Assembly (NCBI RefSeq): GCF_003515775.1
Contig: NZ_QWEI01000009.1
Location: 73,381 to 105,380 of the forward strand
Direction of reading: 5' to 3'
Length of the DNA stretch: 32,000 nt
Source of the DNA: Ureibacillus yapensis
Lineage (GTDB): Bacteria > Bacillota > Bacilli > Bacillales_A > Planococcaceae
Below, one piece after another: positions 16,459 to 24,614 of this stretch (positions are counted from its first letter, which is position 1; each line of letters begins with the position of its first letter). The translations under genes were made by a program, and so were the position numbers. The notes under the pieces were generated by a model that saw nothing but the letters and a program-made list of their open reading frames with translations, searched no databases and was not told the DNA's origin.

Positions 16459-16986
16459 TTATAAAGTGTGCTTAAAATCTTTGCTTAAACAAGAACGCTT
16501 AAGTTTCTTGGTTTTTATTAAATATTTAATGTCAGATAAGTTATCATAAGACAATTGAATATAGAAGTAATTAATAAATTCGAGTATGGCAAAAATAAAT
16601 ATAAATCCGTTGATTAATAACCCTTTGATTGGCAGATTGGGATAGTGAACAAGTATATCAATAATAAATAAAATTATAGAAGAAATTATTATAACTATGT
16701 TAATTGTTTTCATTTTTTTCAATAGTCTAACAGTCTTAATTGGAGTTTTAGATTTCTTTTCGGTAATAAGGCGCTTCCATTTGGAATGCCAATAATAAGT
16801 TCCTTGAATGAGAATAAACAACAATAAGCAAAATGAAATCCAAAAAGAAAGTAGTGAATATAATTGCAGATTAGGGTATGTGTAATTAATTAAGCAACTA
16901 AGAGGTATGAACAATATTATCGCAAATCTTTCCCCTGTATATAAATACTTAAATCGTTTTTCTAAATTGCTCTTCATAGTAAGCAC
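16459..16986 (-). CDS. hypothetical 4-TM membrane protein
   Basis: 175-aa ORF with four long hydrophobic segments and very AT-rich codon usage. Confidence 0.55.
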   Translation of the reverse strand: MLTMKSNLEKRFKYLYTGERFAIILFIPLSCLINYTYPNLQLYSLLSFWISFCLLLFILIQGTYYWHSKWKRLITEKKSKTPIKTVRLLKKMKTINIVIIISSIILFIIDILVHYPNLPIKGLLINGFIFIFAILEFINYFYIQLSYDNLSDIKYLIKTKKLKRSCLSKDFKHTL

Positions 16987-17055
16987 ACCTTTTTAATAAA
17001 GTTTCGCCTTCGTATAGATACCTGCCTGTTAATTACATTTCTTCACACCCACTTA

Positions 17056-17074
17056 ATTTTAACATAAATATCCA
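17056..17074 (-). promoter_or_regulatory. conserved extended -10 19-mer (TGGATATTTATGTTAAAAT on minus)
   Basis: Identical to 19627-19645. Contains TGnTAAAAT. Lies 70 nt upstream of the start of 16459..16986. Confidence 0.55.
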
Positions 17075-17142
17075 CATCTATATTCTTTAGGAATATGTAG
17101 TTTAGCACTATATTTGGATTGATTTTACTCACCGAAGTCAGC

Positions 17143-17178
17143 TAATTAAAAAAGAGGAGTTTTAGCAACTCCTCTTTA
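17143..17178 (-). terminator. intrinsic terminator of the YfcC-family gene
   Basis: Minus strand reads AAAGAGGAGTT-gctaa-AACTCCTCTTT followed by TTTAATT. Confidence 0.8.
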
Positions 17179-17286
17179 GTCTGAAATTAGGCATCATATG
17201 TATCTTAATAGAAACCCAGTTCGTCAGGTTTACATCTCTACTTCCACAATTGGAACCAGCTTCATTCTTCTTGTAATCAAATACTC

Positions 17287-18702
17287 TTAGCCTGTGTATT
17301 GAATCATCTGAGCGATAACCAACGTAACAATCCCAATTCCTGAAAATACAAGGAATACCGGCATATAGAAACGAATCCACTTTTGCCAGGATACTCCAGC
17401 AATAACGAGTGCAGCCATAAAGTAACCAGACGTCGGGAATAGTATATGGGCAAAGCCATCCCCGAACTGGAACGCAAGTACAGCTGTCTGTCTTGTTACG
17501 CCAATCATGTCTGCAAGCGGACCCATGATCGGCATCGTGACTAAGGCCTGTCCACTTCCGGACGGGATAATAAAGTTAATCGTCAGCTGAACCAGATACA
17601 TACCTACTGCACCGAGGACGGATGGCATCTCGCCGACCATTGAACCTAGGCTGTGAACGATCGAATCCATAATTTGTCCGTCTTCAAGCACAACTGCGAC
17701 AGAACGGGCAAGTCCAATAATAATGGCTCCCATAAGCACATCACGAAATCCTTCCGTAAACGCGTTAGAGATCTGGGTAGCGTTCAGTCCAGCAATCAGA
17801 CCGACAACGATTCCCATAAAGATAAATAGACCTGCCATCTCTACCATGAACCAATTGAGCTGAAGCACCCCATAGACTAATATTCCAAGGAAGATAAATG
17901 CAGCAACCGAAGCGTATTTTTGTCTTGTGTTCATGCTTTTCGCTTCAATTTTGTCTTTCTGCTTGTAAAGTTCCCTTTTTTCTTGGTCATCTTCATAAAC
18001 ATAGCTGTTTAATGGATTCTTTTGTACCTTTTTTGCATAGCGCATGATGAAGAAAATCCCCACCGATATACAAACAATAAAAAGCGCTAAACGCAAAGGC
18101 AATCCTGAAAACACCGGGACACCTACAATTTTTTGCGACAATCCTACGTTTATTGGGTTTAAAACTCCGGTAGTAAATCCGACAACCGTACCGACAAGAG
18201 CAATCGCTGCAGCTACAATGGAATCATACCCTAAGGCAATGATTAAGGGCATAATGACAGGAATATAAACTAGCGATAGCTCAGGGGTTCCGATTAATGT
18301 TGCTCCAATTGCAAATACTGTTGTTAAAATCGGGATCAGCAAAATACTATTTTTGGCAAAACGGTTTGCCAGCCTGTCCACAACCACTTCAATGATTCCG
18401 GTTGTCTTCAGCACCATAAACATACCGCCGATAATAAACGTGAAAAATACAATTTCTCCGGCATCAATTAGTCCCCGTGGAATAACAGTAAGGAAATCAG
18501 CTATACCAATTGGTGTAGATTCCACATGTGAAAATGAGTTCGGATCAATCGCTGTTCTTCCCTCCGGACCTGGCACACGCTCAAACTGACCTGCAGGAAT
18601 AAAGTAAGTCGAAATGGCAGCCAGTGCACTGAAAATAAATAAGATGACATAAATATGCGGAAGTTGAAACTTCTTCTTTTTGATAATTTCTTCGTTTTCC
18701 AT
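17287..18702 (-). CDS. YfcC-family (DcuC-like) membrane transporter
   Basis: 471 aa. N-terminus FQLPHIYVILFIFSALAAISTYFIPAGQFERV is typical of YfcC-family proteins. Polytopic. GGAGG RBS. Confidence 0.85.
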   Translation of the reverse strand: MENEEIIKKKKFQLPHIYVILFIFSALAAISTYFIPAGQFERVPGPEGRTAIDPNSFSHVESTPIGIADFLTVIPRGLIDAGEIVFFTFIIGGMFMVLKTTGIIEVVVDRLANRFAKNSILLIPILTTVFAIGATLIGTPELSLVYIPVIMPLIIALGYDSIVAAAIALVGTVVGFTTGVLNPINVGLSQKIVGVPVFSGLPLRLALFIVCISVGIFFIMRYAKKVQKNPLNSYVYEDDQEKRELYKQKDKIEAKSMNTRQKYASVAAFIFLGILVYGVLQLNWFMVEMAGLFIFMGIVVGLIAGLNATQISNAFTEGFRDVLMGAIIIGLARSVAVVLEDGQIMDSIVHSLGSMVGEMPSVLGAVGMYLVQLTINFIIPSGSGQALVTMPIMGPLADMIGVTRQTAVLAFQFGDGFAHILFPTSGYFMAALVIAGVSWQKWIRFYMPVFLVFSGIGIVTLVIAQMIQYTG

Positions 18703-18816
18703 TTGAAACCTCCATGAAGTTAATTTCCAAAGACGAATGGATCGTTTGTTTTATCATCAACAACTTTTAGATATTTGACCTGAATTTCACTTTATTTACA
18801 GTTGCTGACAACACTT

Positions 18817-18839
18817 ATTATACAAGCTTATCAAGCTTG
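18817..18839 (-). promoter_or_regulatory. candidate promoter -10 (TATAAT) abutting a 17-bp palindrome
   Basis: Minus strand reads CAAGCTTGATAAGCTTG (7-3-7 palindrome) immediately followed by TATAAT, about 115 nt upstream of the YfcC-family ATG. Confidence 0.4.
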
Positions 18840-19193
18840 AGTCGTTAGACCTTATAACCAATAAATATAGTTTCATCTGTTAAGGACACACAATGAAAAA
18901 TTCCGATTTGTTAACACTGAACAACCAAATGTACAATAATACCATTGCATTATGTGCCAATTCATTTTTTAAAAATAATTTGGGGTATAAAAAAACCGCC
19001 CCCTTCAGATTATATTAATTCGAAAGAGTCAGCTTCCCACACTATGTAGTTATTACTTACTTTAATAAATCCGATGTTTTGCCTTCATAATTTCCTTATC
19101 CCCTAAACCGTAGGGATATTTTAAGCATTTTAGTTTAAAATACTATCTATTAACATGAATACCTAGTTTTCTTATTGATTCAATATTATTCCT

Positions 19194-19257
19194 GAAAATG
19201 GACCGCTTACTGAAAAAGACACAATTCCTCTTCCAGAATTGCGCCCGATTTTTAAAG
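19194..19257 (-). repeat. dispersed hairpin repeat, long form
   Basis: gaaaatggaccgc-ttactgaaaaaga-CACAATTC-ctcttcca-GAATTGCG-cccgatttttaaag. Minus strand: 8-bp stem with one G:U, then UC-U5. Confidence 0.85.
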
Positions 19258-19386
19258 ATAGTTATCCATTCAACTAAAGTCCACGTTAACTCACAAATAG
19301 ATTGTTCACTATCTGTCCCTAAGTAAGATTAGTTCTAATTAAAAATTCGAAGGTTTTATAGTCCCCGTTAATGTAGAAAATTAAAA

Positions 19387-19596
19387 TTAATTCTTTACAC
19401 ACTCGAAATACGTCATTTCTAAACCTGTTTTTTGAATAATAGGATATCCACCAATGTTAAAACAACTATTGGCTGCTTTTGTTACTTCTGTATAACTAAG
19501 ATAAAATTGAGAAGCAATTAAAATTGCAAACACCATTAATGACAATAATCCGAATATTACTACCCCTTGTACGGGAGTAATTTTCTTTATACTCAT
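19387..19596 (-). CDS. small single-TM protein, hypothetical
   Basis: 69 aa from MSIKK, with GAGGTGGG 5 nt upstream. One TM segment (VVIFGLLSLMVFAILIA). Confidence 0.5.
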   Translation of the reverse strand: MSIKKITPVQGVVIFGLLSLMVFAILIASQFYLSYTEVTKAANSCFNIGGYPIIQKTGLEMTYFECVKN

Positions 19597-19626
19597 ATTC
19601 CCACCTCTCTTCAAAACTTCATCTAT

Positions 19627-19645
19627 ATTTTAACATAAATATCCA
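19627..19645 (-). promoter_or_regulatory. conserved extended -10 19-mer (TGGATATTTATGTTAAAAT on minus)
   Basis: Identical to 17056-17074. Lies 30 nt upstream of the start of 19387..19596 and 17 nt from short-form repeat 19662-19692. Confidence 0.55.
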
Positions 19646-19661
19646 ACTTCCTTTTAAGGTT

Positions 19662-19692
19662 GTTCAACAATCTGGCCCGAACACTGAATAAG
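19662..19692 (-). repeat. dispersed repeat, short form
   Basis: GTTCAACAATCTGGCCCGAACACTGAATAAG. Confidence 0.75.
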
Positions 19693-19910
19693 TCATCCTT
19701 TCTCTTCAAGAGTGGCGTATGATTGTGTATCAAGTACCAGCTGGAAATATAGTCGTACCTACAATAGATAATTTTATGCTACCTATATTCTAGGGTGAAA
19801 ACTTATCTGCTCCGCGTTCTAGGTAGTGTAATTAAATCCATAATAGGGAATATTTTTTCTTCGTGGTTTTTTAAAAGTTATGCTATATTCAAAGTGTCAG
19901 GGGTGAGTTG

Positions 19911-20330
19911 ATGAAAAAGTTTTTAACAATTACCGCCATAATTCTTATATTACTCGGAGCAGCTGGCTATGCTGCGTGGCATTTTGGGACAAATATCGCT
20001 TCCGAAAAAATAATCGAAAAAGTGGACTCTACTTTAGATGATGAAAATCTAGAAGAAGTAAAATCCTATATCGAGAACGATTCGAAGGTTCAAGAAATTG
20101 TAAACGAGGCAGCAACTACTAATCCGGATACTCTTCCCTTCCAAACTAAGGAAGAAGCAACACGTGTGTTAATCAAAAAAGTGGGCGTTAATCGTTTACT
20201 TGAGATTCAGCAACAAGCGCAAAACGGTTCAATTAGTAAGGATGAAGTATTATCCGAAATTGAAGGCAAGCTGTCTGAAGATGAAATTTCTGCATTAAAA
20301 TATGTTTTATATAAGGAATTGAATAAATAA
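19911..20330 (+). CDS. hypothetical membrane-anchored protein
   Basis: N-terminal TM segment (FLTITAIILILLGAAGYAAW) followed by an acidic helical domain. ATG 6 nt after GGGGTGAG. Confidence 0.6.
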   Translation: MKKFLTITAIILILLGAAGYAAWHFGTNIASEKIIEKVDSTLDDENLEEVKSYIENDSKVQEIVNEAATTNPDTLPFQTKEEATRVLIKKVGVNRLLEIQQQAQNGSISKDEVLSEIEGKLSEDEISALKYVLYKELNK

Positions 20331-20487
20331 AACTAGCCTTTTAAAAGTTTAAATTAAAAAAGCAGAAAGCTGAAATTCACATAGGTATTTTCAACACAGC
20401 TATTACACTAACTCCAACCACGCGACAGCCTTACAATGTTTCGAGTGTATATGGCAACACATTGTGCTGAGAGTTTAATTTTATATA

Positions 20488-20527
20488 GGCTCGATTCCTA
20501 TTTAGGGGAATCGAGTCCTTTTTTTTG
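20488..20527 (+). terminator. intrinsic terminator
   Basis: GGCTCGATTCC-tattta-GGGGAATCGAGTCC followed by T8. Lies 158 nt after the stop at 20330. Confidence 0.85.
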
Positions 20528-20614
20528 ATCATTCTTCTACTGTTGCAATTTAAACTAAAGCGTCCTTTAATTGACTAATGATTGGCTGAAAAAAGCTGCT
20601 TTCTATTTTTACCA

Positions 20615-20643
20615 TTTACACAACTGCAAAAGTAAGTTAATAT
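20615..20643 (+). promoter_or_regulatory. candidate sigmaA promoter of the YeeE/YedE gene
   Basis: TTTACA-N17-TAATAT, 35 nt upstream of the ATG. Confidence 0.55.
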
Positions 20644-20677
20644 CCCTATTAAACAGATATGAAATAGGAGGATTAGA

Positions 20678-21925
20678 ATGAAACAACAAATAGAATATCA
20701 ACAGAAGCCTTTTATTAAAAATCCAACAACTGTTATACAAGCTCTTAACCCTGTACAAAAACCACTACTATCATTTGGTGTTTTAATTGCAATCATATTA
20801 TTATTTGCCATTATTAATACAGCCGGGATGACACAGGGTGTTTTATATATTCTTGGATTAGCACTTGGAGTAACATTATTGCATGCTCGTTTTGGCTTTA
20901 CGTCCGCATTCCGTCGACTCATGTCTGTCGGTAATGTTCAGGGGTTACAAGCACATATGATTATGCTTGCTGTATCAACAACACTATTTGCGGTTATTTT
21001 AGGAACTGGCTTTAGCTTTACTGGGGTTGACCCTAGCGGTTATGTTTCGCCAGTCGGTGTAAGTGTCATTTTGGGATCCTTTCTATTCGGAATAGGAATG
21101 CAGCTTGGCAATGGGTGTGCATCCGGATTGTTATATAATCTCGGCGGCGGTGCAACGTCCATGCTTATTACATTTGTAACCTTTATGATTGGTTCAACAC
21201 TGGGCGCTTATCATTTGCCGTTTTGGTTAGGTACTCCTTCATTAGAACCTTTTTCATTGGCTGAATCAACAGGACTAGGATTCTTTGGAGCATGGATTGT
21301 ACAATTGGCTTTATTTGGTTTTATTTATTTCGCATTAGTTCAATATGCCAAAAGAAAAAATCCCCCAATGATGAAACCACTTGCTACAACAAGTGGGTGG
21401 AAGAAAATCTTTAGAGGTTCTTGGCCGTTATTTGCTGCAGGTATTATTCTAGCAATCTTAAATGCTATTGTTCTAGCGGTACGTGGTACACCGTGGGGGG
21501 TAACAAGTGCATTCGCTCTTTGGGGAGGGAAAACATTACAAGCAGCGGGTGTTGACGTTCAATCATGGGGATACTTTGCCGGATCTGAGGCTCTTTCCCA
21601 GTCTGTATTGGCTGATTCCACAAGTGTCTTGAATTTCGGCATTATTCTTGGTGCATTTATCGCAGCAACTTCCCAAGGTACATTTAAACCGAAGAAAGTT
21701 AAACCAGGTGTAGCTGGTGCTTCTATAGTTGGAGGACTCCTAATGGGGTATGGAGCAAGATTAGCATTCGGATGTAATATCGGTGCCTACTTTGGCGGTA
21801 TTTCATCTTTCAGCTTACACGGATGGGTATGGATGATCTTTGCAATGATCGGTACAGGAGTTGCTTTATTTATTCGACCATTATTTGGATTAAGTAATCC
21901 AAAAAAGACAGATACATTCTGTTAA
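20678..21925 (+). CDS. YeeE/YedE-family sulfur-compound (thiosulfate-type) transporter, fused two-half form
   Basis: Conserved Cys loops GNGCASG and FGCNIGAYFGG. 415 aa, polytopic. AGGAGG RBS. Confidence 0.9.
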   Translation: MKQQIEYQQKPFIKNPTTVIQALNPVQKPLLSFGVLIAIILLFAIINTAGMTQGVLYILGLALGVTLLHARFGFTSAFRRLMSVGNVQGLQAHMIMLAVSTTLFAVILGTGFSFTGVDPSGYVSPVGVSVILGSFLFGIGMQLGNGCASGLLYNLGGGATSMLITFVTFMIGSTLGAYHLPFWLGTPSLEPFSLAESTGLGFFGAWIVQLALFGFIYFALVQYAKRKNPPMMKPLATTSGWKKIFRGSWPLFAAGIILAILNAIVLAVRGTPWGVTSAFALWGGKTLQAAGVDVQSWGYFAGSEALSQSVLADSTSVLNFGIILGAFIAATSQGTFKPKKVKPGVAGASIVGGLLMGYGARLAFGCNIGAYFGGISSFSLHGWVWMIFAMIGTGVALFIRPLFGLSNPKKTDTFC

Positions 21926-21930
21926 TCACG

Positions 21931-21977
21931 TAAAAATGCCTTCACTTTACAAGTGTAAAGTGAAGGCATTTTTTTAC
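21931..21977. terminator. bidirectional intrinsic terminator between convergent genes
   Basis: aaaaATGCCTTCACTTTAC-aagt-GTAAAGTGAAGGCATttttttt. Perfect 16-bp stem. Confidence 0.9.
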
Positions 21978-22017
21978 TTTTACTCAGTTTATGAATATCC
22001 AATAAAAAGTTGTCCAC

Positions 22018-23583
22018 TTAATGATTGAATATAATAACCCGGTTACGTCCGGCTTTCTTTGCTTCATATAGGGCTTTGTCCGCTAATTCCAATAGTTCTG
22101 TGGAATTAGCAGCCATTTCAGGAAATGAGGCAACACCTGCTGAAAATGTAACAGGACGACCAAAAGGACTATCTGTTTTTTCTAATGCTTTGCGAAGACG
22201 CTCTGCAATCATATAGGCATCTCGCGCATTCGTTTCGGGTAATAAAATAATAAATTCTTCTCCACCAAATCGGAAACATAAATCTTGTTCGCGTGTAGCC
22301 TTTTTCATTTGCTCTGCAAAATACTTTAGGACTTCATCCCCCACTGCATGTCCGTAAATATCATTAATGCTTTTAAAGTGATCTATATCCAGCATAATCG
22401 CAGAAAGTTCTTCTTCTTTTTCAGTCCCTGTTTGCAAAATTTCTTCAAGCGTTCGCCTATTCATTACACCTGTCAGTGGGTCTATAGTCGATTTGTCCAT
22501 AAATAAATTTACCTGACCATGCAAGAAAGAGAAACTTTTAATCATTGCATTTTTTATTTGACGCGCCTCATAATACCAAGCATTCAATTGAATTAATTTT
22601 TCCATTTCGCTTTCTTTTACACTTTCTTCAGTCATGTTCGCAATACTTTGCAATGGTTTTGCGATTTTCCCTGCTGCAAAAATAGCAAAAAAGATGGCAA
22701 CTAAAAGGAGTGGAAGTCCGGTTAAAAACATATTCAACACTAGCTTTTCAACTGAATTGAGAGCAACTGATTGGGGTGTTTGGGCTACTACCCCCCAATG
22801 TGTATTTTCCACTGAACTATAACCTGCAAGCATTTTCGTACCAAGCGTGTTTGTCACAACTTGCGCTCCACTTTCACCATTCATAAGACGTTTGACCACT
22901 TCATTTTCTGATACGACATCACCGACACGCTCTGGATTTTGATGATAAATAATACGCCCCTCTTTATCCACAACAAATACATAAGATCCGTCATTATAAT
23001 AATGTTCCCCTAATATCATGTTGAAAAAATTTGAATCATGGAGGTATATCGTCCCGTTAATTAACCCTTCGTATCTTCCTTCTTGTGAAAAGATAGGATA
23101 TGAAATGGTAATAAGCACTCTACCTGTGGAGGCTGTATATGGTTTTGTGATTGTAGGCTTTTGATTCTTAATCGTTTTTATTCCTTCTTCTGACGTAATG
23201 GTTTTTCCCTTAAGACCAAATTCTATTGGTGCCCCTGCAAGTATTAAGCCTTCCTCATTCGCAATCGTCACAGAATTAAATGTCAATTCTTGCTGCTGTA
23301 AACGACTAGCTTCTTTAATTAATGTTTCTTCATCATCCATACTACTAGCCATTTCCATAGAACTATACTCAAGAACTTTAAGGGCATTGCTCAAATGCAC
23401 ATCTACCATTTGAGAAAGCTTCTGTGAATATACTCTGTTCGTTTCCAGTGATTGTTCTTTTAATAATTTGATAGTTCCTTGATAACTACTTAAAATACTA
23501 CTGGCAATAGATAATAAGAAGGCCAATGCAATAACCCCTATTATCAAGGATTTCAATGTTATTTTATTGCTTGTTTTTAGCAT
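22018..23583 (-). CDS. membrane sensor diguanylate cyclase (Cache-like periplasmic domain - TM - GGDEF)
   Basis: GGDEF domain with RFGGEEF active site and DIDHFKSINDIYGH. N-terminal TM, extracytoplasmic domain of about 270 aa, then a second TM. Confidence 0.9.
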   Translation of the reverse strand: MLKTSNKITLKSLIIGVIALAFLLSIASSILSSYQGTIKLLKEQSLETNRVYSQKLSQMVDVHLSNALKVLEYSSMEMASSMDDEETLIKEASRLQQQELTFNSVTIANEEGLILAGAPIEFGLKGKTITSEEGIKTIKNQKPTITKPYTASTGRVLITISYPIFSQEGRYEGLINGTIYLHDSNFFNMILGEHYYNDGSYVFVVDKEGRIIYHQNPERVGDVVSENEVVKRLMNGESGAQVVTNTLGTKMLAGYSSVENTHWGVVAQTPQSVALNSVEKLVLNMFLTGLPLLLVAIFFAIFAAGKIAKPLQSIANMTEESVKESEMEKLIQLNAWYYEARQIKNAMIKSFSFLHGQVNLFMDKSTIDPLTGVMNRRTLEEILQTGTEKEEELSAIMLDIDHFKSINDIYGHAVGDEVLKYFAEQMKKATREQDLCFRFGGEEFIILLPETNARDAYMIAERLRKALEKTDSPFGRPVTFSAGVASFPEMAANSTELLELADKALYEAKKAGRNRVIIFNH

Positions 23584-23828
23584 TTAATACACCCTTATCT
23601 GTTTGTGAAGAGATTATAAAAACGATTCATACATCATTTTTTACAGCTTTAATGTTATACTATTTCTTTATTAATTTAATTATTATTTCCATTAAATTCT
23701 GCCAAATTGTCCTAGATTATATCCAAGTTCTACTTTAGTTAAATTCCCTTTGAACAAAATGCTTATGCTTACCTTAATTACTAACTTCACAGTCTCTTAT
23801 AAACTATAACCTATATATCTAGGTATTG

Positions 23829-23898
23829 TTCAAATCTGTTGCCCTATTCATGAAAGAAAGACGCATCCCTTATTTCAGAAAAGCGCCGGATTGTTGAG
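23829..23898 (-). repeat. dispersed hairpin repeat, long form
   Basis: ttcaaatctgttgccc-tattcatgaaagaaaga-cgcatcccttatttcagaaaagcgcc-ggattgttgag. Lies 53 nt downstream of the stop of 23951..24346. Confidence 0.75.
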
Positions 23899-23950
23899 TT
23901 TAGGTTTTAGATTTATTGCACGTACTATCGAATAAATAATTAAGGAATCC

Positions 23951-24346
23951 CTAAAATTTCTGAATAAAGTAAGGGCCAAGTTCACTTTCATGTGTCATGA
24001 TAAACGTCCATTTAGAATTCCAATCCATTATATATATGTCGCTGTGGTACATATCATATAAATCATATGGAAGTTCTTCTACTGTAAGTGTTCTAGCATT
24101 TTCAAGAAGATAAGCTTCATCTATAAATTGATAAAAGATAGTACATTTAATTTTCGATTGCTTATTAAAGGCAGCTATCGCTTCATCTTTCGCAAAACAT
24201 TTAACCCTTTCCCAACTACATAAGTGCCACAGGAACCCATCCATCCCAATCAATTTTTGTTCTTCATTTGAAAGATGACTTGCAAAACTTGCACGCCATT
24301 GCTCACGTAAATAGGTTCCCCATTTCGGTATTTCCATTACCCTCAA
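23951..24346 (-). CDS. hypothetical cytoplasmic protein (possibly DUF4275-like)
   Basis: 131-aa ORF with Trp/Phe-rich motifs (FLWHLCSWERV). Start codon uncertain (TTG or ATG, both with poor SD spacing). Confidence 0.5.
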   Translation of the reverse strand: MRVMEIPKWGTYLREQWRASFASHLSNEEQKLIGMDGFLWHLCSWERVKCFAKDEAIAAFNKQSKIKCTIFYQFIDEAYLLENARTLTVEELPYDLYDMYHSDIYIMDWNSKWTFIMTHESELGPYFIQKF

Positions 24347-24416
24347 TTCTTTATATCTTAATTTATTAACCCCTTAACATTTCTTGTTAATACATTGCTT
24401 GAAAACCACACACCAG

Positions 24417-24435
24417 ATTTTAACATAAATATCTA
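24417..24435 (-). promoter_or_regulatory. conserved extended -10 19-mer (TAGATATTTATGTTAAAAT on minus)
   Basis: 18/19 identical to the 17056 and 19627 copies. Lies 71 nt upstream of 24346 and 16 nt from degenerate repeat 24451. Confidence 0.5.
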
Positions 24436-24450
24436 GTTATGTTTGAATTT

Positions 24451-24506
24451 CTTATTCAATTAAAAGGCACTTTAGCTGAACAAGATAAACCCATGCTTAC
24501 CGCACC
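24451..24506 (-). repeat. dispersed hairpin repeat, degenerate copy
   Basis: cttattcaattaaaaggcac-tttagctgaacaag... The left flank and tttagctgaa module match copies 1716 and 7494. The right half is eroded (ccgcacc). Confidence 0.45.
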
Positions 24507-24570
24507 ACTTCCACTTGCTTTTGCTGAAACAGACTATCGACTATTCTTATTCTTCAATCCTATTTATTTT

Positions 24571-24600
24571 CAAGAAAAAAGAAGCACATAAAGCGCTTCT
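24571..24600 (-). terminator. intrinsic terminator of the SLH glucosaminidase gene
   Basis: Minus strand reads AGAAGCGC-tttat-GTGCTTCT followed by TTTTTCTTG. Confidence 0.75.
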
Positions 24601-24614
24601 AAATTTGCTGACTT

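Noticed and set aside
17162-17380. A 72-aa minus-strand ORF overlapping the 3' end of the YfcC-family gene, and the 60-aa ORF at 18581..18763 overlapping its 5' end.
   Set aside because: Both lie out of frame over a confidently called transporter gene and its terminator or leader, and neither has an RBS.
20455-20510. A TPP (thi-box) riboswitch suggested by GCTGAGAG and AGGGGA near the 20488 terminator.
   Set aside because: The remaining conserved thi-box elements (ACCTGATCTGGATAATGCCAGCG-type helix) are missing. The downstream gene has its own promoter after the terminator.
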